From positions 4,522 through 68,521 of the forward strand of contig JAEEOM010000076.1 of assembly GCA_016284265.1 (NCBI GenBank): a DNA stretch of 64,000 nucleotides, in the 5' to 3' direction. The notes beneath the pieces were generated by a model. It ran no database searches, was not told where the DNA came from, and saw only the letters and a list, made by a program, of their open reading frames with translations. Below are positions 1 through 7,692 of this stretch, piece after piece. Within the stretch, counting starts at the first letter, position 1. Each line of letters opens with the position of its first letter. The DNA is from Bacteroidales bacterium. Its GTDB lineage: Bacteria > Bacteroidota > Bacteroidia > Bacteroidales > UBA932. Position numbers and translations under genes: made by a program.

Positions 1-467
1 GCCGCCGACTGCGTGACCGTCACACCGGAGGCCTTGCCGGCCAGGGAGGTAATCATATTGGCAGCGCGGTTGCCGGCGATTTCCTCGGAGGAAACCACCT
101 GTTCGGCATACGTCAGGGATTTCGCCGCACGGGTGATACCGAGGGCGGAAACAACGGCCTCTTCAAGGACGTTGTCGCTGTTCATGGCGACGTCCACGAC
201 ACTTCTTCCGGCTACTTCGACAATGACTTCGTCATAACCGACCGAAGAGAAGCGGAGGGATGCGTTGGCAGGAACGTTGATTGCATAACGGCCGTCTGCG
301 TCTGCCGAGACAGCATTGCCTGTGCCGTTCTGAATCACCGTCACGAAGGAGACAGGATCTCCTGTCTTGGCATCTTTCACCTGGCCGGTCACCCGCGTGT
401 TCTGTGCAAAAGCGACGGAACCCATGAGCAGGCAGGTCAGGATGAGAATGAATCGGTTGATTTTCAT
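1..467 (-). CDS. SusC/RagA-type TonB-dependent outer-membrane receptor, N-terminal part (gene continues beyond window start)
   Basis: Absent from the ORF track because it is open at the window edge. The reverse complement from ATG 467-465 reads MKINRFILILTCLLMGSVAFAQNTRVTGQVKDAKTGDPVSFVTVIQ... (signal peptide plus carboxypeptidase-regulatory-like domain), then ...ALGITRAAKSLTYAEQ, typical of a SusC plug start. Confidence 0.8.
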   Translation of the reverse strand, partial: MKINRFILILTCLLMGSVAFAQNTRVTGQVKDAKTGDPVSFVTVIQNGTGNAVSADADGRYAINVPANASLRFSSVGYDEVIVEVAGRSVVDVAMNSDNVLEEAVVSALGITRAAKSLTYAEQVVSSEEIAGNRAANMITSLAGKASGVTVTQSA

Positions 468-497
468 AATGGTTTTGATTGTAGGTTGTTTGTTTAG

Positions 498-1814
498 TTA
501 TTGTGTCTTGTAATCAATGGCGAGCAACTGCCCGAAATGGGCGCGCAGGTCTTTCCATTTATAATAAGGTCCTTTCCAGGGCTTGAGGGAAGGGATGACG
601 ACCTCTTTCTCGTTGCGGAGAATCTTGACAATGATGTCGTCCTTGCGGTTCTTGTAGAAAATCATCTGAAGGTTGGAGCCCATGGGCATCTCGCTGAAAC
701 AGTTCCAGCCCAGGGCGGGGCCGTCAGCCATGTGCCCGGGAACCTCACAGCCTTCCATCCGCAGGAACGTCCAGAGAGACATCAGTCCGGAATCATGTCC
801 GAAACGGAGGTCGGCAGCCACGCCGCTGCCCTCGGCCAGGGCCCGGTCGGCTTTCTCCACGATGTCGACCAGGACGCCCTGGCCGGTCATGTCGTAGCGG
901 TTGAGGTTCTCGATCGTATTGGCGAAGTAGTTGTAATTGGCGGCATCATCGACGTACCAGAGCGCATAAAGCTCGTCTTCCGTGAAATGGCGATAGATGT
1001 CCGGTACGTTGTAATCCAGATTCAGGCACTGGCAGATCTGGCCGGCGTAGTAGATGTAGTAGATAAAGTCGCGTACTTTGAAAGGGCCCAGATGGAGGCT
1101 GGCATCCCAGGGATCGGTGAACCAAGCGTTCATGATCCGGGCCGGATCGAGCCGGGCCACCAGCATCGAATCGACGATCGTATCGTGCGATTCGTTGAGA
1201 GGGATGGTCGATCCGGGCGCAAGATAGCGGAGAAACCGGTCGCCGGCATAAACGGTGTAATGGAGTTCCGGTGCGTTTCCGGAGAGTGCCAGCGTGAAAT
1301 TGGCCAGGCTCTGGATGCAGCGCTGGCTGGGACTGGACACGGCCACTACTTCTTTGCGGTCATTCTGGTGGAACAGGGAGGGGACTCTATCGTACAGCCG
1401 CCGGGAGATACCCTGGTGTTCCAGACCGCCGCGCGTGGTCAGGCATCCCGCCTGGCCTACATGAAACAGGGCAAGGCTGTCGAGTTCATCCCGAAGCGCC
1501 TTCCCTTCTTCTGTCAGGAATCCCAGCATTCCGAGCGTGTCGAGAATTGTAGAAACGCGTGTGACGGCACGCATGGAAGTATGGTAACGGCTGCCATGAC
1601 GGCCGTAATGGCTGAGGTAAAAAGGCTCGTATCCATCCGGAGCCGGGGTATCGACCATTGCCTCGGGCGGTTCGTAACTGTGGTGGATGTTGGAAAGCCG
1701 TTCCGGATTCTCCCTGAGCAAGGTCCGGGCGTCCTGGGCGTTCAGCGGAAATCCGCCCACCAGCAAGGAAACCAGTGACAGACACAGGAAAACGGAGAAG
1801 AAGGACTGCTTCAT
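498..1814 (-). CDS. secreted histidine acid phosphatase (branch-2 histidine phosphatase, Minpp/phytase-like)
   Basis: 438 aa with a signal peptide. Catalytic RHGxR motif (SHYGRHGSRYH) near the N-terminus and a C-terminal HD motif (RFGHDSGL). Confidence 0.8.
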   Translation of the reverse strand: MKQSFFSVFLCLSLVSLLVGGFPLNAQDARTLLRENPERLSNIHHSYEPPEAMVDTPAPDGYEPFYLSHYGRHGSRYHTSMRAVTRVSTILDTLGMLGFLTEEGKALRDELDSLALFHVGQAGCLTTRGGLEHQGISRRLYDRVPSLFHQNDRKEVVAVSSPSQRCIQSLANFTLALSGNAPELHYTVYAGDRFLRYLAPGSTIPLNESHDTIVDSMLVARLDPARIMNAWFTDPWDASLHLGPFKVRDFIYYIYYAGQICQCLNLDYNVPDIYRHFTEDELYALWYVDDAANYNYFANTIENLNRYDMTGQGVLVDIVEKADRALAEGSGVAADLRFGHDSGLMSLWTFLRMEGCEVPGHMADGPALGWNCFSEMPMGSNLQMIFYKNRKDDIIVKILRNEKEVVIPSLKPWKGPYYKWKDLRAHFGQLLAIDYKTQ

Positions 1815-1893
1815 TTGCGTTCAGGCACAATTAACCATTACAAAAATAAATAATGCGTTCTTGAGCAAGATTTTAATTTGCGTAATAATATAC

Positions 1894-3054
1894 TCAATTT
1901 GCGTTTTTCTGATTTCGCCATTCGGAGGGTGTGCACCCTTTCAACTCCTTGAAACGGCGGCAGATGCTCTTGGCATCGTCTTCTCCCAACTTGTAGGCAA
2001 TCTCTTGGATGGAGTCGTTGGTCTCGAGCAGCAGTTCCGAAAAGCGCCCGATCCGCTGCTGGGAGATATACTGGTAGATCGACTCGCCGATCACGTTTTT
2101 GAACCGGACCTCGAGAAGCCTGCGCGAGAGCGGGACCTGTTCCAATACATCGCTGACAGAGAGTTTTTTGTCGAGGTTCTGCCGGATATACTGCAATGCA
2201 GCCAGCACCTCCTTGTCGGAGGTGGCGTAGGCAGAAGTGGAAACGCGGTGGACGAGTCGTTTGGGCTGGAGCGTGATATCGGCACCCTTAAAAAAAGGAT
2301 CGCGAATCATACGGACGGCCATCTGTGCCGTCTCGAAGCCGCCCTGTTCGATATCCACCATGATGCTGGACAGGGTGGGATGGGAGAGGGTACAGATCAC
2401 TTCGTCATTGTCGACGCCGATGACCGACAGTTCGGAAGGAATCTTCACGCCTGCCGAGTTGCAGGCTTCGATCAGCGCGTTGCCCTGATTGTCGTCGCAT
2501 GCCATGACGGCTACCGGTTTGGGCAAGTCTAGCAGCCATTTCCGGAGTTCGGCCGCCTCGTAGTACCACAGGTTGTCGATCACCTGCTTGTCGTAGAGGT
2601 AGAAATGGTCGCCGAATCCTGCCTCTTCGATCCGCTGCCGGAATCCGTCGCAACGCTCCTCCGACCAACAGACGTCCTTGTAGCCGAAAAAGGCGAAATT
2701 GCGGAATCCCTTGTGGAGGTAAAGGTCGGCGGCCATGCGCCCGGTCTTGATGTAATCGCCCGTGATGTTGGGGATGGAAGTGAACTTGGACTTGTAGTCC
2801 TGCGCCAGGGCCACGATGCCGTTGCGGCGGAAAAGCTCCACCTTGTCGGTCTCTTCGAATTGTCCGATCACCACGTCGGCACCCCATTTCTTCGCCCACT
2901 TGATGACGCCCTTGAGTCCCAGTTTCCGTTTGTAGGCAGGAGGCATGCGGCAGACCACCCATTGCTCGGTCTGATTGGAATAACGGATGATGCCCCGCAG
3001 CAGCGCATAGGCGAAAGATTCGGTAAAATCGGTTATAAAGAGGAGTCTGACCAT
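1894..3054 (-). CDS. XylR-like transcriptional regulator (LacI-type sugar-binding fold plus C-terminal AraC HTH)
   Basis: 386 aa. N-terminal periplasmic-binding-protein-like domain (VAVMACDDNQGNALIEAC, VIGVDNDE). C-terminal AraC-type HTH (ESIYQYISQQRIGRFSELL...CRRFKELKGCTPSEWR). Overlaps the upstream gene end by 22 nt. Confidence 0.8.
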   Translation of the reverse strand: MVRLLFITDFTESFAYALLRGIIRYSNQTEQWVVCRMPPAYKRKLGLKGVIKWAKKWGADVVIGQFEETDKVELFRRNGIVALAQDYKSKFTSIPNITGDYIKTGRMAADLYLHKGFRNFAFFGYKDVCWSEERCDGFRQRIEEAGFGDHFYLYDKQVIDNLWYYEAAELRKWLLDLPKPVAVMACDDNQGNALIEACNSAGVKIPSELSVIGVDNDEVICTLSHPTLSSIMVDIEQGGFETAQMAVRMIRDPFFKGADITLQPKRLVHRVSTSAYATSDKEVLAALQYIRQNLDKKLSVSDVLEQVPLSRRLLEVRFKNVIGESIYQYISQQRIGRFSELLLETNDSIQEIAYKLGEDDAKSICRRFKELKGCTPSEWRNQKNAN

Positions 3055-4505
3055 CTGAATCCAACTTTTGTTCTTTCATCGCTGTTATACAGGCGTACGG
3101 CGGCATTGCCGTCGAAGTCGGCTTTTCCTGAAACGAATTCAGGCACGTTGTAAGACCTTACGCTGCTGTCGTAAAAGTCACGCGGGCTCTTCTGGGGCAG
3201 CATGAAGGGTTTGGCACACACACCGTCCGGATCGATGTGGCAGATATAGGCCCGGGTGTAGAGCCCGTCGTCCCTCCGGCTGCCGAAAACAAACCAGCGG
3301 GAGTTGGAACTCCAGCTGTGGGCGCTCTCTGCATCGTCGCTGTTTACTCCGTCGAGCGGTCGGGTCTTCCCGGTCTGGAGGTCGAGGAGCCACAGGTCCG
3401 ATTCGTGGTGCCAGGCACCAAAACACCCGTAGTCCGCCAGTTGATACAGGATCCATCGTCCGTCATAGGACGGTTTTGGGAAGGAGATGCTCTTGCCCAT
3501 CGCTTCGGCGAAGATCACGGTATCTACCTTATGGCCGATGTCGCCGGTCTCGGGGTTGAAGTCCACGCGGCAGAGATTGTACCGGACTTCCGTCACGTTT
3601 CGGGGGATTTCCTGTTCCGTGCAGGATGTAAAGTAGATGGAGCGGCCATCGGCCGAGAAGACCGGCATATTCTCGTTCACGCCGTCCACCTTCACTTCGG
3701 GCGAAGTGATCAGCACGTTTTCCTCGGTGTCGTACACCTGCAGGTCCGACTTGAGGTCGTACACCTCCAGGACTTTGTCCGGGCGCTGGTGGAAACCCTG
3801 CCGGTTCACATTGGTGGAGTAAGCGATGAATCTTCCGTCGGGATGCCAGCAAGGATAGACGCAGGCGGCCAGCGTAGAGTCTGTCTTCATGTCATACGCA
3901 ACCGTCTTGCCGTTTTTGCGGATAAACGTTGCACCTCTTTCCCCCCTGACATGCAGGCTGAAGTACTCGGGCCGGGTGCGATTGAAGGAGTGGCAGTTCA
4001 CGCAACCGTCGAAGTTCCTGCCTCCGATCAGGCAGACCTCGTCGAAGGACGACAAATCCCGTTCATAGATACCGATGTGGGAGAAGGACTGGTAACCCGG
4101 GGCGATGAGCCGGTAGGCGATGCCGTAGTCGATGGCGTCTTCGCTGACATAAATATCAAAAGGCTCGAACCGTTTCCATGTTCCGTCGATCTTCCCACAC
4201 GCCGTGACCTTGACCGTCCCGCCTCGGGATGCGTCCAACAGCCGGTGCCAGGCCTTGATGGGAAAATTGGCGCTTTTTCCGGATACCTTGAGGGTTTTTC
4301 CGTCCGCTCCTTCTGCGATGGCGATGACCTTCGTGGCTCCATTGATGTCAAAGTCGAGCGGGGCGATGGTGGCAGGAACGGTTACGCCGATGTAATCGGG
4401 ATAGATGTCCGGTTGCAGACCTGCTTTCGTGAATCTGTCCGGATTGCCGGTACACGAGAGGACTGCGAGCAACAGCGGCAAGGATAGGATGATGCTCTTT
4501 TTCAT
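3033..4505 (-). CDS. beta-propeller (PD40/TolB-like) lipoprotein with conserved CxxCH motif, copy A
   Basis: The ORF was trimmed to MKKSIILSLPLLLAVLSC (lipobox), ATG at 4505. That ATG forms ATGA with the upstream stop at 4502. CVNCH lies at residues 168-172. Propeller-like repeats follow (YSTN, FSADGRSIYF, PSYDGRWILY, WSSNSRWFVFGSRRDD). Paralogue of 6223-7689. Confidence 0.75.
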   Translation of the reverse strand: MKKSIILSLPLLLAVLSCTGNPDRFTKAGLQPDIYPDYIGVTVPATIAPLDFDINGATKVIAIAEGADGKTLKVSGKSANFPIKAWHRLLDASRGGTVKVTACGKIDGTWKRFEPFDIYVSEDAIDYGIAYRLIAPGYQSFSHIGIYERDLSSFDEVCLIGGRNFDGCVNCHSFNRTRPEYFSLHVRGERGATFIRKNGKTVAYDMKTDSTLAACVYPCWHPDGRFIAYSTNVNRQGFHQRPDKVLEVYDLKSDLQVYDTEENVLITSPEVKVDGVNENMPVFSADGRSIYFTSCTEQEIPRNVTEVRYNLCRVDFNPETGDIGHKVDTVIFAEAMGKSISFPKPSYDGRWILYQLADYGCFGAWHHESDLWLLDLQTGKTRPLDGVNSDDAESAHSWSSNSRWFVFGSRRDDGLYTRAYICHIDPDGVCAKPFMLPQKSPRDFYDSSVRSYNVPEFVSGKADFDGNAAVRLYNSDERTKVGFRWSDSSL

Positions 4506-6211
4506 TGTCCCAGTCGATAGAAATAATAATACCAGTAAGTATTGCCGAACCGCTTGGCGAGGGTTTCGGCCGGAGTTCCGCCGCCGCGCTCCTGCATGAA
4601 CAGGCTGAATGAAGTTACGACGGCCGGATTGATGAAAGCGGGAACATTTTCCAGGCTTTGGGTCGTGTTGGCGAAGTCCAGCAGGAAAGCCTCCTGATAA
4701 CAGCGCGGTACGCCGCCCGAATAGGCTTCGAAGGGACAATAGTTCACGAAACCTTTCAGGTTCTTGTCGAGAAGGTTCCAGGCAAGCAGGTATTCCAGCG
4801 CCATGTGGTTTGCGGGATTCTCCTGGACCAGATAGCCAAGCATGGTCTCCATAGCCTGCCGGTTGAAAAGGAAGTCGTGGTCGTGGAGCCTGACACTGCG
4901 GAGGTATCCATATCCCGGATCCGCGTCGATGGCCTCATCGTTGCCGCAAAGCGCCATTTTGGATTTGGCCCAGCTCCGGTAAAACAGTGTTTTTTCGAGA
5001 GCCTTCAGATATTTTTCAGCCACTTGGTAGTTACGGTTGACCAGGTTGGTTTCCGCCAGCCGCTTGTAGGCCCGGACACTCTTCTGGAAGTCGGGAATCA
5101 GTTCCTGTGCCTCGAAGGTATAACGCTGGCTGGCGTTGACCATGCCGAGCTGGAAATAGGCTTCAGAAGGAATCAGCGGATGGAGGTAGTCGTTGGTGTA
5201 TTTCGGAAGCAGGCCGTCCGGACCGTTTTGGTAGAATTCAAACATCCTGTGGGCGTTTCCCGTCTTGACAAGCGCCAGGTTTACGCTGGCCATTTCAAAG
5301 GGTTTCTGGGGATTGTCTTTCCGGGCCTCCGCGAGGATGGCGTTCCACTGGAACCTTCGTGTGAGGAAGTCGTATTTGAAGTAAGTCTCTTTTTCGCCGT
5401 CATAGGCCAGGACGACGCCCAGTGCGCCGAGGACCAGGATCGCACCGAAGGCTCCGATCCCTTCCCAAACCTTGCCTTGCCGCTTGATGCAGGGAGCAAT
5501 CATCAGGACCAGCGCTTCTGCCGCAGCGGCTGCCCAGGGCCACACCGGCAGATGATGGTGGAACCGGTAGTAATTGATTCCGTACAGGAGCCGGTAGTAA
5601 GGATATCCCATCGTCTTGTGCAGACAAACGACACACAGGGCGAAAACGATCCCCATCATAAGGCCAGGCAACAGTTTCCGCTCGTGGGCCAGGAAGGCGA
5701 TGATAAACAGGATCGAAAGCGACCCCAGCAGAAAATAGAGCAGGGCGGTCGCGACGACGGCCACGATGTTCCGAAGAACGGCGGGTCGGATGCGGATGAC
5801 GGCCAGGGCGCAGAGCAGCGACAGCAGAATTGCCACCAGTGTGCCGGGCATGGCATCGGCATCGCAGAAGAAGACCAGCAGCAGGACCGGCGGGATAAAA
5901 GTCAAGGCGTATCCTGTGGGTGACAGGTTTTTTGCAAGCGCCGCCGTAGAAAGCTGTATCGCGGCGAGCAGTAATGCAAGGATGAAGCTGCCCGCCGCCG
6001 AGTAGTAGAAGAACTGCGTCAGGAACCGGCCGCACCAATCGGCAAGTCCGCCGGGAACCGCCAAAGTTTCCGCCAGATATCGCCAGGAGAACTGGAAGAG
6101 CTGGAACTGCTCCTGGTTGTAAACATGGTAGGGGTATGCCAACCAGAAGAAGAAGAATGTCGCCAGGGTAAACAATCCCGGGAACAAGTATCGATCGGTT
6201 TTGCTTTTCAC
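4502..6211 (-). CDS. polytopic inner-membrane protein with soluble helical (TPR-like) C-terminal half, copy A (DUF6057-like by recollection)
   Basis: 569 aa. About 8-9 hydrophobic segments in the first ~290 aa, then a soluble half (NYQVAEKYLKALEKTLFYRSWA...). Paralogue of 7693-9432 (shared PGGxAD..GRFLTQFFY, YFQLGMVN). Coupled to the downstream lipoprotein gene. Confidence 0.7.
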   Translation of the reverse strand: MKSKTDRYLFPGLFTLATFFFFWLAYPYHVYNQEQFQLFQFSWRYLAETLAVPGGLADWCGRFLTQFFYYSAAGSFILALLLAAIQLSTAALAKNLSPTGYALTFIPPVLLLVFFCDADAMPGTLVAILLSLLCALAVIRIRPAVLRNIVAVVATALLYFLLGSLSILFIIAFLAHERKLLPGLMMGIVFALCVVCLHKTMGYPYYRLLYGINYYRFHHHLPVWPWAAAAAEALVLMIAPCIKRQGKVWEGIGAFGAILVLGALGVVLAYDGEKETYFKYDFLTRRFQWNAILAEARKDNPQKPFEMASVNLALVKTGNAHRMFEFYQNGPDGLLPKYTNDYLHPLIPSEAYFQLGMVNASQRYTFEAQELIPDFQKSVRAYKRLAETNLVNRNYQVAEKYLKALEKTLFYRSWAKSKMALCGNDEAIDADPGYGYLRSVRLHDHDFLFNRQAMETMLGYLVQENPANHMALEYLLAWNLLDKNLKGFVNYCPFEAYSGGVPRCYQEAFLLDFANTTQSLENVPAFINPAVVTSFSLFMQERGGGTPAETLAKRFGNTYWYYYFYRLGQ

Positions 6212-6222
6212 GCTTCAGGCAT

Positions 6223-7689
6223 TTAGGGATTCGTACTATATTGGAACTGCGCTTTCTTTCCCCGCTTGAGCAGGCGCCAGGCCTTGTGGCTGTTCAGGGG
6301 CACGGGCTCCGTCACGAATTCGGGGATGTTGAAACTCCGCAGCATGGTGTCGTAGTATTCGCGGGGATTCTTCTGGGGCAGCATGAAAGGTTTGGCGGGT
6401 ACGCCGTCCGCATCGATATGGCAGAGATAGGCGCGCGTGTGGATACGGTCGTCGCGGCGGCTTCCGAAAACGAACCAGCGGCTGTTGCTGCTCCAGTTGT
6501 GGTAGCTTTCCGCAGCGTCGGGGTTGTTCACCCCCTGGAGGTCGCGTGTCTTGCCTGTTGCCAGGTCAAGCAGGAGCAAGTCCGCGTCGTTGTGCCAGAT
6601 CGTGAAGTTGCCGAACGACGAGGCGGTGTACATCAGGTATTTTCCGTCAAAAGACGGACGCGGGAACGAGACGCTGAATCCGCGCGGGGCAGCCAGGACC
6701 AGCGTATCGACCTGGTCGCCGAAACGGCCGTTTTCCGGATCGAAGGCGATGCGGCAGAGATTGTAGCGGATGGCATTCAGTTGCTTGGGGATCGCCCTGG
6801 GCTCGGCGCTGCAGAAATAGAGCGTCCGGCCGTCCGGGGAGAAAGCCGGGAAGGTTTCCCAGGCGCCGTCGCTTTTCAGCTGGGGGCACGAAAGGAGCCG
6901 GTTGTTCCGGATATCGTACACCACGATGTCGGATGCGTAGTCAAACACTTCCAGAACATTCTCGGCCCGCTGGTAGAACCCCTGCCGGGTGGTGTTGGTA
7001 GAGTAGGCGATGTAGTCGCCGGAAGGATGCCAGTACGGGTACACGCAACTCGAAATCGTGGAGTCGGTCTTGGTGTTGAACGCCTTCAGTTTCGCGTGCT
7101 GCCGGATCAGGGTGGCCCCGTTTGCGCCCCGCACGTGCAGGCTCAGGTCTTTGGGATCGCACTGGTTGAAGGAATGGCAGTTGAGGCAGCCGTTGACCTC
7201 CTCGGTGCTGATGAGTTCTTTCTGTCGGAAAGAGGACAGATCTCTCTCGTAAATGCCGAGTTTCCCCATCCCTTCATAGGAGGGCAGGATGAGCCGGTAG
7301 GCCAGCCCGTAGTCGATGGTGTCCTCGCTGACATAGATGTGGAACGGGGCGTCCTGAAACCACTGTCCATCGACGAACTCGTAGGTATCGACCAGAATCG
7401 AAGCGCCCGTGTTGGCGCGGAGCAGTTTTCGCCAGGCTCTTTGGGGAAAACGGGCCATGGAGCCGCGGACGTACAGGACGGTGCCGTCATCGCCTGTGAG
7501 CGTCACGGCGAGGCGCTCGGCCTTGTCGATGGAGAAGTTGAGCGGCGCAATGGTGGCGGGGACCGTCACGTCCCGGTAGTCCGGAAAAATACGGGGCGAC
7601 CTTCCGGAGTAAACGGAATCACTCACGTCGCGTCCGCAGGAAAGGACCGTGAGCAAAGTCAGCACCAACAAGGGAAATCTTGCACGCAT
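6223..7689 (-). CDS. beta-propeller (PD40/TolB-like) lipoprotein with conserved CxxCH motif, copy B
   Basis: 488 aa with lipobox MRARFPLLVLTLLTVLSC. CLNCH at residues 168-172, the same position as copy A. Long identical blocks with copy A (YVSED.IDYG.AYRLI, GIYERDLSSF, WSSNSRWFVFGSRRDD). Confidence 0.75.
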   Translation of the reverse strand: MRARFPLLVLTLLTVLSCGRDVSDSVYSGRSPRIFPDYRDVTVPATIAPLNFSIDKAERLAVTLTGDDGTVLYVRGSMARFPQRAWRKLLRANTGASILVDTYEFVDGQWFQDAPFHIYVSEDTIDYGLAYRLILPSYEGMGKLGIYERDLSSFRQKELISTEEVNGCLNCHSFNQCDPKDLSLHVRGANGATLIRQHAKLKAFNTKTDSTISSCVYPYWHPSGDYIAYSTNTTRQGFYQRAENVLEVFDYASDIVVYDIRNNRLLSCPQLKSDGAWETFPAFSPDGRTLYFCSAEPRAIPKQLNAIRYNLCRIAFDPENGRFGDQVDTLVLAAPRGFSVSFPRPSFDGKYLMYTASSFGNFTIWHNDADLLLLDLATGKTRDLQGVNNPDAAESYHNWSSNSRWFVFGSRRDDRIHTRAYLCHIDADGVPAKPFMLPQKNPREYYDTMLRSFNIPEFVTEPVPLNSHKAWRLLKRGKKAQFQYSTNP

Positions 7690-7692
7690 GGT

